From Vicugna vicugna (taxonomy: Eukaryota), in the NCBI GenBank assembly GCA_013265495.1, contig MU058059.1:3819502-3883501 (forward strand): a stretch of 64,000 bases of DNA, in the 5' to 3' direction. Below are positions 50,315 to 61,562 of this stretch, one piece after another. How positions within the stretch are numbered: the first letter of the stretch is position 1; the number at the start of each line of letters is the position of its first letter. Made by a program: the position numbers and the translations under genes. The notes beneath the pieces were generated by a model that did no database searches, was not told where the DNA came from, and worked only from the letters and a program-made list of their open reading frames with translations.

Positions 50315-50336
50315 ACACTAGGGGTACCCCTAGTGT
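50315..50336. repeat. Perfect 22-bp palindrome ACACTAGGGGTACCCCTAGTGT
   Basis: Checked base by base: identical to its own reverse complement. Confidence 0.97.
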
Positions 50337-51176
50337 TTTATTTTTCATCTTCTTCAAAGAGGGCGTGCTAGGGACCCCCCCTAAGTGGTGAAGTAAAAGC
50401 GCTTCTAGGAGGCGTGTGTGAGGTCAGGCTGCAGGCAGACTTCACACCGAAGTTCAGTTTTAGATAAAAGTGAGCTTCTCAGCCCAGACCTGCTCAGAGC
50501 TGTCCCGGGGGGCGAGGTGGGGGGACGCAGAACCGTCTGTCTAATGCCGGCTGGATGCTGGCTCTCCTGTGGGTTAGGAAACATACAGGAAACCACAGGG
50601 ACGGCCACGTGGGTACAGGAGGAACACGGCCGTGATGGCAAACCCACAAATGAACACGCAGGCTCAGAACCCACGCATGCGCGCGAAGGGGCCGTGCACT
50701 GCAGAAGCAGCGTGTGCTCCACGGCTGCTAAGTGCACTGGGAGGACGGGTCTTGGCAGCGTCCCTCCAGGCTGCTGCTTTTGATTTTTCCCGTCCTCCGT
50801 GGTGACCTCTACCAGCGTGCCCGCCGCGGAGCCGGGCCGAGGCCCTTAACCGGATGATTGCAGTGGAAATTTCTCCGATTGCTTTTGGTTTTGAAATTTG
50901 AGTTGAAAATAGTGTTTGAGGGCAAAGCACTCTAGAATCCCGGACCCAAGCAGCATCGGCTTAAACAGCTGAGATGGTGGTTCTGCCGAAGACCTCCCTG
51001 TAGACACGTGCGGTAACAAAACTCAGACCGGATCTGCTGCCACCACCCCTGCGCCTGACTGCTCTCCTGGTGACCCCGTCTCCCCTGGTCTCGAAGCCTG
51101 GGAAACACTCGGCGTCTCAGGAGTAAAGGGTCTAGGGTTAGGGTCTTTTATCATAAGCAGTTTCTTCCCAACTCAG

Positions 51177-51278
51177 GAAAACGGTGATGCCGACCATTGC
51201 ATTTTCCAAACTGGCAACAGAAGGCCTTCCTGGCGTTTGCCAGCCCGACACCCGTGACCACCACTGACTCCTGCTCAG
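51177..51278 (+). other. Candidate 102-nt non-coding exon
   Basis: Acceptor TTTCTTCCCAACTCAG| and donor CAG|GTAGGA. Stop codons occur in all three frames. Confidence 0.25.
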
Positions 51279-52104
51279 GTAGGAGTCAGCCCCCCTCTGC
51301 TGCCCACGGCTGTGATGGACCGGCCCGCCTCCCTGAGAGTTTCCTCTTGAGGTGACGGAAGAAGGGGAGGAGCTGGAATTTGCACACACACTTTTGCTGG
51401 ATGAGTTAATACCTGAATGAGGCCTCAAGGGGCGAGACTCTGCTTCCTAGGGGGACAGACTCTGAATCGTGTGACATAAGAGGTGTGCTCGGAGAGGACA
51501 GAGCTGGCCTGAAAGACACAGGCAGGTGTGAGGAAATTCTAGGGTGAAGAGCTTACCCTCCGGGCCTGCCCTCTGCCCTCCACATGATGCTGTGGGGACA
51601 CAGGCGGCCCCGATCTCTTCTTCCACATCCACAAGAGGCAGCAGGGTGCCTTCTGAAGCCAGAGAACTCTTTTCCCCCAAAGAAATTCACCCCCTGGTGT
51701 AGAGGAGTCATGAAGCTAACCAGACAAGAGGCAGCCGTGGCCACACAAGTATCCTGACTGAGGGAAAAAGGAGTTATTTTGTGGCCTGCTACCATTTCAG
51801 CTGTGCCTGGAAGTTGTGGTTTTGTAAAAGCTGAAGAATTGTGGGATCTTAGAGCTGGAAGAGCTGGTTAGATCATCCAGCCTGACATTCAGTCAGCCCA
51901 GAAATTCTCTCTGAAAGAGTGCCGGCCGGATGTGCTACCACCTTTGCAAGGATGAGGGGCTTCTCCACCTGAGGGGCATCCAGGGCACGACCGCAGCCAG
52001 CTGCGTTCACCGGGGGCAGAGGAGGTGTCCCGCTGTACTGTGCTGAGTGCTGACGGCGCATCCTCACTCAGCCTTCGCAGCAACCTTGCTAAATAGGAAC
52101 TGCG

Positions 52105-52228
52105 GACATCCATGCTTTGGAGATACGGAAACTGAGGGTTAGGTATTAATGAAGTTGCCCTGGGTCACACAACCGGTAACCACACACAAAGTGCAGCCAG
52201 GATTCAAAGACAGGGCCGTCTGACATCA
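52105..52228 (-). mobile_element. MIR fragment
   Basis: GATACGGAAACTGAGGGTTAGG...TTGCCCTGGGTCACACA...GCCAGGATTCAAA...GTCTGAC. Confidence 0.75.
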
Positions 52229-52927
52229 GAGCTAAACAGGTGGCGTCAGCTGTCCTTCCTCTGTGTCCTTGTGTGCCCTCTAACAAAGTGCCACCTTCCT
52301 CTTGGGGTCAAGAGGAGCCTTCGTGGCTTGGAGAGCCAGGACATGCCTCCTTCCCAAAGATGCCTCAGGTACCAGGAAAGCTCCCCAGCCAGGAAACCCA
52401 GAGCCGCCTGCCACCCACACGTCTGACAGGTCGTGGTGTCTGGGCACTGCTACCTCCCTTGTTTAAGGAGTGCTCACACCTGCCTGCTCAGTAATTCGCT
52501 GCGGAGTTTTGGCGTCAGCCTTTCTCCCTTCTTCTGAAAGTCAAGGCCGTTTTCTTCCTGTCTCCAAGCTATCGGCGTTTCCTACATGTTTTGTAGGACA
52601 CCACCAGGAGTGTTACTGGGGATGATGTCAAACGTTCTATCTTCCACTCTGTGTCTTACGAATAGTGTTACTGAAACCATGGAAAAAGGGCTCCAGGGGT
52701 GGGTTTCCTTCTACCAGGACGTGGAAGACATTTCTGATAGATTTTAGCAAGTTTCCCACCGTGTCAGTAAGTGAGGCCGGGACAGGGTACTCGTGCTGAA
52801 CCATTTCTTTCTAGTGAAATATTTTTAAATGTATTTTATTGAAAATTCTACTCAGGAAATGTGTTGTAGATCAACTTCATTTTTGTCAGCTTTGTGAGTT
52901 TTTTAATTGTTCTTTTTTTTCCTTCAG

Positions 52928-53549
52928 TTTTTTAAAAATTGAAGTATAGCTGATTTACAATGTTGTGTTAATTTCTGGTGTACAGCACAGTGATTCAGAT
53001 ATGTGTATATATATTCCTTTTCGTATTGTTTTTCATTATAGGTTATTACAGAAGGCCGACTGTAGTTCCCTGTGCTCTGCAGTAGGACCTTGTTGTTAAT
53101 GTATTTTATATATAGTAGTATCTGCAAATCCTGAATTCCCAACTTACCCCTCCACCCCCTCCCCTTTCCCACCCTGGTAATCATGTTTGTTTTCTGTGTC
53201 TGTGAGTCTGTCTCTGTTCTGTAAATAAGTTCATCTGTGTCCTTTTTTCCCCGAGATTCCACACGTAAGTGATATCATATGGTATTTTTCTCTTTCTGGC
53301 TTAGTTCACTTAGTAGGACAATCTCCAGGTCCATCCATGTTGCTGCAAATGGCATAATTTCATTCTTGTTTGTGGCCCAGTAGTATTCCATTGTGTATCT
53401 ATACCATGCCTTCTTTATCCAGTCATCTGTTGATGTTGCTTCTGTGGCTTGGCTACTGTAAATAGAGCTGCTAGGAACATTGGGGTACATGTATCTTTTT
53501 GAATTAGAGTTTCCCACAGATATATGCCCAGGAGTGGGATTGCTGGATC
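52928..53549 (-). mobile_element. Young L1 3' fragment (~620 bp)
   Basis: ATTGAAGTATAGCTGATTTACAATG through TCCATCCATGTTGCTGCAAATGG to CCAGGAGTGGGATTGCTGGATC; the inverse of the 839-1514 copy. Confidence 0.95.
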
Positions 53550-53824
53550 CTAGTTTAGTTTTACCAGGACTTGAGTGGGGCGGTGACATTGAAGTGGGGC
53601 CCATGGTACTGGAACCCACCATTTTTGTCTTGGGGCAGTCTATCCCCGTCAGCCCCCCTAGTCCACAGCATAGAGTAGAATGGTGATGTTTACAGGTTAT
53701 TATTAATTCTCAGGAGTCAGGACTTCTTCACAATTTGTAGTACAGCGAGGACCTCAGGGAATATCTGATACAATTAACGGGGCCACCAGAACTAGCACAG
53801 ATGAAAAGCCCTCCTCTGATGAAC

Positions 53825-54135
53825 AGGTGGAGCACAGGGGGCTGTTAGGGCCGTGAGACTACTCTGTGCAACGCTTGGATTCAGCTACAGTCGTGATTCA
53901 GCTGCCAGACCCAGAGAGCGGACAACACAGAGTGAGCCCGCCTGCAAACTGTGGCCGTCAGTTTAATAATGATGTGTCAGTCATCAGTTGTAACCAAGGT
54001 ACCACACCCACCCAGGGTGTTACAAATGGGGACAACTGGTGGGGCGAGGAATCAGGGGTATATAGGAACCCTCTGTACTTTTCTCTCAATGCTTTATGTA
54101 ATCTTAAAAAAAGTCTTTTAAATGAGAAAAAATCT
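53825..54135 (+). mobile_element. L1MC-like 3' end
   Basis: GAGCACAGGGGGCTGTTAGGGCCGTGAGACTACTCTG...AGAGTGAGCCC...CTCTGTACTTTTCTCTCAAT. Confidence 0.75.
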
Positions 54136-54174
54136 TCCTCTTATCCAGTATACAGATTTGCTGCAGTATACAAA

Positions 54175-54265
54175 ATAAAAAGAAAGGCGGGAGAAAGAAA
54201 GGAAGAAAGGAAAGAAAGGAAGGAAGGGAGGGAGGAAGAAAAGAAACAGAGAGAAAGAGAAAGAA
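54175..54265. repeat. Purine-rich (GAAA/GGAA) simple repeat
   Basis: AGAAAGAAAGGAAGAAAGGAAAGAAAGGAAGGAAGGGAGGGAGGAAG... Confidence 0.85.
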
Positions 54266-55359
54266 GCATTAAACCACAGAGGACCCCACGAGGAAGAACA
54301 CTAGCTTCAGAAATGGAAAAAGTTCAAATATAACACAAAGAAAAGAAGAAACCCCCGAGTGCTTTACACTGTAGAATTTTGAAAACACACGTTAGTAAAT
54401 GATCATAGGATGTGGCTCTGATCTCACCAAAAAATTGTAAAATAAGCCATACCCACCGAGGCAGTAGAGGCTAATTGAGTCTATTGTGTCACAGAACAAG
54501 TCAGCAGTGACCCGAGCTCGGCACAGAACGCCCGGTGTTGAGCAGGGATCAGCACCTTGAGGAGAGGGAGCTGGAGACCGGGGCAGCGGACACATGACGA
54601 CAGGACAGGCTGCTTCTAAAACCAGGCCCACCTGGAGGTGAGGGTTTGGGTTCTCTGCTGCCCTAACCCTGCCTGTCAGACAGGTGAGCATGTTCACCCG
54701 GGGATCAGGGGCCTGTGCTAGCACTTGACCGTGGATGCTGCCTTTGTGCAGATTAGAAAAAGGCACCAGCTCTGGGAGGATATGTTGAGGAATAAAAAGA
54801 TGCCCTTCTGGCTAGACCAGCTGGCACGGTGCCCTCCCTCCAGGCGGACGCACATCCTTGCTGGGGCCACAGCTCGGCAGAGTGCAGGTTGGATTTCGGC
54901 TCCCATGATCCCCTCTTGGAGATAGCCTGGTGCAGGGCACAGCCTGCACAGCTGTCCCTGACTTCTTTTCTTTACTCAGATTCATCCTGCAAGCGTGGTC
55001 CCCAGCTCTTGAGTCCTGGGTGCAGGTCCCCCAGTGGTAACCCACTGCACTGGTATCTAGGACTTCTGCTCCAGGAAACCCCAGTCCATCTGAGAAGGCA
55101 AAACCACTCCTCTTTGTTAAATATGAAAATGTATCAATACATGGGTTCCTAAAAATAAATGTAGAGATAAACTGATTCAAACTTACAAAATTAGTCACTT
55201 GTGTTAATTTATATTTATAAACAGAACAATAAGACTTGTGGGCTGCAACCTGAAGTCTTGACATAGATTTTAACATTTGCAATTTTAATCAGACAAATGT
55301 TCATTTGAAGCCAAATAGCTCATGAATAATCTTTTCTGCACATAAAAATCACTGCCCCA

Positions 55360-56340
55360 ACATTGGAAAGAACTTCATAAAACAGTAGGCAAAATAGGAT
55401 TTGAAAAAAAAAACCACAGAGAGAGAATTATAGAATTGTAGAGCTGAAGAAATAAGTTGGGCATGGAAATAATACCATGAGAGAGCCAACAACAGATCAG
55501 GAACAGCCAGAAGTAAAATAGTGAGTGTCAGAAATCAGCGACCAACGTGCAAGGACGGTTTCACTTAATCAGAGTCAATGTGAAGGAAAAAGCAAATCAC
55601 TCACAACAAAGAGAATGTAATTAAGGTAAAAGTTAGTTTCCTCAAGAGGAAAGTCAGCCAGTGGAAAACTCAAAATAATGTGAAGAGAGTTTTCCTGAAA
55701 TGCAGGGAGAAGGGAAACTCTGGATCACAGGGGCACACTTTCCAGAAGACTGATACGAAAATGATGACCATTGAGACTTACACTGTTGTTGTTAACTATC
55801 CAGGTGGAAATCAAGAATGCTTCAGTCATGCAGACAGAGATGCTTGTAAGGAGTATCTGGATGGTCTCAGGCTTGTCCACACAATAGTCAAAGCCAAGAA
55901 ACAGGTGAGCAGTGTTATAAGGGAAAGAAAATGTGGTCCTGGGATGTCATGCCCAGCCAAGATGCCCTCCAAGTACAGAAGGTCCCCAACATGAAAGAAC
56001 TCAAGAAATACAGCACCCTGGAATCCTTCCTGAGAAAACTACGCATTGACGCAGCCCAGGGACAAATGGCGAAACTGAGGACCAGCATTTAATGCCAGAA
56101 GATAAGGGAAAGGTGATCCAGGAATCTGACACCCAGCCAGGTTTTCCTGTCAAGCATTTGAGAATGAAATCCAGCCAACCAGGCAACAAATCAAAATTAA
56201 GAAACAAGGGCTAGACCAGCCTCATAAAAGAACTAACGGTGAGAAAGAAGTCATTTACAAGAACTGCACCAAACAGCCAGTGGTTACAGCATGAAATATA
56301 TTCTAAAATTTCAAATCACAAGAAAGCATAAAAGACGAGG
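55360..56340 (+). mobile_element. Ancient L1 ORF1 fragment (L1ME-like)
   Basis: CCAACGTGCAAGG...TTTTCCTGAAATG...CCCAGCCAAGATGCCCTCCAAGTAC...ATGAAAGAACTCAAGAAATAC resembles the ORF1 C-terminal half. Confidence 0.6.
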
Positions 56341-56689
56341 CAGGAGGAAGAGTAAATGACTCGTCTCCTGTTTTTCACGAGTGGCTCTGCCCTGTGGACA
56401 AGTGAAGTGTTCTTTAAAGCCACTGACGACTCCCACCACAGTGTTTCTCTGACTTTTTTCATTAATCATGGAAGAATCTCTTAAGGAAGGACTCTTCTGT
56501 GGGGAGAAAAAACATCAATCCAAATTCCTGAAATCCCTTCACTTTACATATGTTTCTGCTTATTTTAAGAAAAATTAAATTATTAGAAAAATAGAATGCC
56601 CAGCACAGTCCTGTGCTTGCAAGATGATGTTGTAAGTCTGCCGGTGTTTTCATTTGTATACATTCATGGAAAGATGGCTGGAATGTATT

Positions 56690-56815
56690 CACGTAATGCT
56701 AGTGATGTGAATACACCTAATTCTTGGTGACCAGGTTTGGGGTGATTTCTTTCCTTTCTTTGTATTTTTTTTTGCATTGCTTGAATTTTTACAACAATCA
56801 GGAATCATTTCTACA
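56690..56815 (+). mobile_element. L1ME-like 3' end
   Basis: GGTTTGGGGTGATTTCTTTCCTTTCTTTGTATTTTT...GAATTTTTACAACAAT. Confidence 0.5.
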
Positions 56816-58139
56816 AAAAGTATACAGTAGTTATTCGTAAAGGAGAATACATTGGTCTCAGTAAGTGAAAATTGGTGAATCGTGAGGAAGAAGGCATATA
56901 CTCCGACAGTCAGCTTAAAAGGTGCTCCCACGGGCACAGGACGAGACTCAGAGACCAGCAGAGCAGACACTCGCCTGCATCGTGAGATGTGAAGGACACA
57001 GAAAGCCGCCAGCCACCCACAGTTGTCATCCCTTTGAATTATCAGCCGCGGTTACATCCACGTGGATTCATTTATCACATCTTTCAAATTGCTGGCAGCC
57101 GAAACAACGTTCTGGACAGACGACAGAAGTAGGCTGGCAGCCTGCACTGAGCCAGGAGCCCAGTCCCCGAAGTCAGCAAGAGCCCGAGGCTGGGGACCCC
57201 GGGAGGGTGAGGATGGGGGGAAGGGGGACACGGCCAAGGAACAGGCGTTTGCAGACCAGAGACCCCGAAGGCTGAACATGACACGAAAGGAAGTCAGTCT
57301 GAGAAGCAGTAACAGAGAGGAGCTTAAGAGACATTCAGGACTGAGGATAAGGCTGAGACGGGGACCCTAAGAGCGATTTCCTCCGGGTGAGAGCTGTTGG
57401 CCTGACCCTTCTTTGAAAGGCCCCTGGCTCCTGTTGTGGGCTCAAGTCTCTGCTTTTGGCCCCTGGGGAGTGCAGTGACAAGGCGGAATTATTAGGCGTG
57501 TCTGCCGGGCTGGCCTGGGCGTCCCCACAGCCTGGGAGCAGCAGGAGACATCTGTCTCCACCAGGAGGGGGGCCCAGCATAGCCTCGAAAGGACTGTGTG
57601 TGGGGAGGGCCACTGTGTGATGGAGCCCCGAAGATCAACGTGGCTGTCCCCGCCCTTCACCGGATCTCCAGCGGCCTGGTCCCTGGGGAAGCTGCGGGAC
57701 GTGCGTCTTGCAAGAAGCCAGGCACTGGCGGTCAGGAGCCAGCAGAGAGGCCTGTCTGGGCAGCAAGCGGCTGGTTTCCTGATGAGGGGGTGAAGGGGCC
57801 TGACTGCGCTGGTCTCTCGGCACACAGCCTCGTTTCCAGGCCCGCGCCGGTGTGTCCCCTAGTGCATGGCAGTGTATAGACACGGCCTGAGCTCCTGTCA
57901 GGCTGAAGCCGGGTTCATTTCCAGTCAACAGTGACGCTCCGGGGAAGGTGCTCTCAGGGGCCTGGAAACACCTCCTACCCCTGCCCGGTCGGCAGGCGTC
58001 ACAGAGATCGTGTTCGCAGACGCTATGACTCGGGGCCAAACACTGAGAGCGGACTACTTTCAAGCAACAGAAATTCATTTGAAAACCATTATTAGTCCCT
58101 TCTGTGTACCCCCAAAGACAGACAAAGGCCAGGAATACC

Positions 58140-58500
58140 CCCGGCCTGCTGATGCGGAACTAAGACTGGAGAACACGGCGTGCCCGGGAGCGGAGAGGAG
58201 TAAAAAGCCGCGGACAAAACAGAACAAGTCGTGTCCGCCCTCTGGCAAGGGGCAGGACGCCTCCCTGGAGGGAAGTCGTGGCCCGAAGAGATGCTCTGGG
58301 CACAGCCGCGGGGGGCGGCTCCTCCTGAACACTCCGTCCTCTGAGGCCGCAAGGAGCACAGCGCAGACTCGGCCCACCCGCGCCGGGAGGGCACTAGGGA
58401 GCGCGGCCAGTACCGCTGCGGGGGCAGCGGGTAGAAAGCCATGCGGTCGCGAAGTGTCGACCTGCGGCTCCGCCCTCGGGGACACTCTAGCCTCTGCCTG
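58140..58500. promoter_or_regulatory. CpG-dense patch (CpG-island-like)
   Basis: Dense CpG/CGCG, a GC box CTCCGCCC near 58468, TCGCGA near 58447 and a CTCF-like CGCCCTCTGGC near 58236. Confidence 0.4.
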
Positions 58501-58649
58501 ACCTGTACGCTTTCATTGTCTCCGTTTCTCATCAGTGAAGTGGTCCACCACCCACCCAGCCCAGCCCAGCCTCCCAGACCCATCCTGCCACCTTTGCCGC
58601 CAGCATTCTTCAGGGTCCATGAGTTAGTGGATTCTGTCTTAGGATATAT

Positions 58650-58960
58650 TTTTTTAATTGAAGTACAGTCGATTACAGTGTGTCAGTTTCTGGTTACAGC
58701 ACAATGTCCCAGTCATGCATGTACATACATTTATTCATTATCACATTCTTTTTCACTAAATGTTATTACAAGATATGGAATATAGTTCCCTATACAGAAG
58801 AAATTTATTTTATAAAAATAATATATGTGAATTAAGCCAGAAAGAGGAAAATACCATATGATGTCACTCATATGTGGAACCTAAAAAAAAGAAAAGAAAA
58901 AACAAGACACTAATGAACTCATCCACAGAACAGAAACAGACTCGCAGACATAGTAAGCAA
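58650..58960 (-). mobile_element. Young L1 3' insertion with 5' inversion
   Basis: A minus-strand tail (58650-58800) is joined to a plus-strand upstream L1 segment (~58820-58960). Degenerate TSD TCTTAGGATATAT / TCTTAGGGTACTT. Confidence 0.8.
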
Positions 58961-58974
58961 TCTTAGGGTACTTG

Positions 58975-59190
58975 CAGCTTCTCCTCACCTGTCGCACCCC
59001 GAACGCCCTGCTGCAGGCCACGCCCTCTCTGGTTCACCCAGCTCTCCACAGCAGCAGCTCCCCAACCTACCTGAGTTTCATCCCCTGCTAATCCATCATC
59101 CGCCTGACTTTTGAAGTGATTTTCCTAAAACACAATTTATCACGCTTTCCCGCCACTGAAGACCTTTGTGTAGGCTGCTCAGGGCCCTCT
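58975..59190 (+). mobile_element. LINE-2 fragment
   Basis: AATCCATCATCC...GTGATTTTCCTAAAACACAATTTATCAC...GAAGACCTTT resembles L2. Confidence 0.45.
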
Positions 59191-59471
59191 GTCAGTTACA
59201 GCCTCTGGACTGGGCCCGGGTCGGCCAGGGTGTGAGTTACGCCCATCTGTCTGGCCGCATTCCCTGTGGATCCCCAGTGAGTGATCTTCCAGGTCCACCC
59301 AGGACTGCCATGCTTCGGTCGTGGTTCCTGGGAAACCTTCCGTCCCTGGGAAACCAGGACGACTGATCTCCCTAATGTTCTGGTTAGCTCCCCAAAGTCT
59401 CCCTCTGGGCCGAGAATGGTCCTTTCTAATTCTCCTCCCACAAAACCCACCACACCTCTCAGCCTCTGGGA

Positions 59472-59643
59472 CAGTGGGTGGGCCCCAGCTGGCAGCTGCA
59501 GCCTGCCCTGTGACCCTGCCAGAAATGGGCATCCTTGGACCCCACCCCAGAACTACTGACTCAGATGCTGAGATGAGGCCCAGCAATCTGTGTTTGACAA
59601 GTCCTCCGGGGACTGTGATGTACTTGAAGTTTGAGAACCGGTG
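59472..59643. mobile_element. MER5A-like hAT MITE
   Basis: CCCACCCCAGAACTACTGACTCAGA...GGCCCAGCAATCTGTGTTTGACAAGTCCTCC...AAGTTTGAGAACC is a MER5A hallmark. Confidence 0.85.
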
Positions 59644-61006
59644 CCCCAGAAACCTTCCCCAAGCAGGGACCTCTCCCCACAGCAGCCTTGTGAACTCCCT
59701 GCGACGTACGCATTACAGTGAGCCCAGCCGTGTTTTTAATATCGACTCATGACGCTTAGGAGCAGTTACCTGCTGACAACCTACCTCCCCATTCCAGCCA
59801 CGAGTTCTTTGAAGACAGCACTGCCGCTTTCTGTTGTTCTCCAGGCGGTATCAGTCTATATTTCTAAATCCTTGGGGTTTTATTAACTCTTTCATTAAGG
59901 GAACAGGCTTATTATAGTTACCTAAGTCAAACCATGTTGCAGAGAAGTGTGTAATCCTAGGAGAAGGCATGTCGGAGAATGACAAAGAAGCAGGTGTCCA
60001 CATGCTGCCTGAGTGCATCTGTGGGAGTGAGTTTTGCCCTAATTCGCATTAAAAGCCACAAGTCCTGGCTCCCCTGATCTGATCATAATGATAGACATTT
60101 TTTCCTGCTCAGAGGATTATCATTACTTTTCATAATATTCTATCCCTTGAGCTCTAGGGCTGCCCACTGAAGTTTTAGACATAAAACATAAAACATAAAA
60201 CAAAACCTCTGGGGGAGTAAAAATTGACTTTGAATATTTTGCAGCCTCTGAGCTTGCAGTGTTTTTGTACACTTTTGGTCTCAATTAAAAACACCACCAC
60301 ATGCCTGCTATTAATAATGACAGCAATTTACTTGTGTTGAAACTGAAAGCCTTCAGTTCTCTTTGAAAAACCTAAATGCATTTCACGTGGTTTACAGACT
60401 TGTTTCAAAGCTTTTTTCCCCTTTATAGTTTTTTGTTTGTTTGTTTTCCTTTTTGTCTTTTGAAATCAATTCAATCTTCAAAGTGTATGATTGCCATCGG
60501 GTGCCTGAAGACAGAGATCTGAGCACTCACATTTGTACTTGTGTGTATGTGTTTACGTTGATGCCGCATTTGTATGTTGTGGTCACATGGTTCTGCCTTT
60601 CACGTTATTAATTAATAACAATTTATTGTTTGTGTAAATGTAATTTAACTGACTTTTTCCCTAGCATCTTTACTTCACATTTTAAGAGTCAGTGAAACTA
60701 TGGAAAAACAAAAAAGAAAAGAAAAAAACTTGCAATGAAGAAACATAATTGTTTTCAGCAAGCCAAATGTGACATTTCAGATGTATGTTTTACATGGTAT
60801 TGTCTTGAAAGAGTATGCACTTGGGAAGATTTCCTAAAGTAAATCGTTAGAAGAAAACCTAAAACAAATAATTAACATTCATCAAATACATAAGAAGAGC
60901 TGGGATTTGGACCACATCAAATGTCCAAGTTTTAATAGTCCAGTTTCATGCACTGAATATTGAAAAAAACCAGATTCTAATTCAAAAGGGTTACTCTGCC
61001 CAGAGA

Positions 61007-61062
61007 TGTTTGAAAGTTGCTGGTGGGGGTGCACGTGTTTGAAAGTTGCTGGTGGGGGTGCA
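61007..61062. repeat. Tandem duplication, 27-bp identical copies with period 29
   Basis: TGTTTGAAAGTTGCTGGTGGGGGTGCA at 61007-61033 and 61036-61062. Confidence 0.95.
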
Positions 61063-61562
61063 GGAAGACGTCTGGGAGTAATTGGGGCAAGATGTCCCTG
61101 ACACTCAGTAGGAAGCAAACCCCATGCCAGGGCCCTGGATTTCTGGAGGACTTGGAAAATTTAGGGTCAAACTTAAGTAGAAGGTTTTTAAGTCAATAAT
61201 TTTATTTTTAAATTACCTTAAAGCCATTAATAACAAAGTTTGAGATTTTGTTTGGAATTTGTTCAAGGTGACCCATCTTCACTGATTGTATTTGTTGAAA
61301 TAGCTTATCTGTCCCATTTTGCTGAATAGACGCACAATAAACCCATATGCAATCATGTAATTACCTACACTGTAGTTCCTACAGAAAGTGTTCTATATTT
61401 ATGACTCATCAAATGAGCAGTTTTACTTATTCATGTATTTATTTGTTCATTACTGAAATGGTGGTGGTTCATTATAGATGACTGGATAGTTTTGGTAATT
61501 ATTTAGTAATTACTGTAAACTCTGAACATATTATCTTGCATTATATTTTCTTTTAAAAAATA

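Noticed and set aside
51128-51144. Telomere-like GGGTCTAGGGTTAGGG
   Set aside because: Only one perfect TTAGGG, too short to call an interstitial telomeric repeat.
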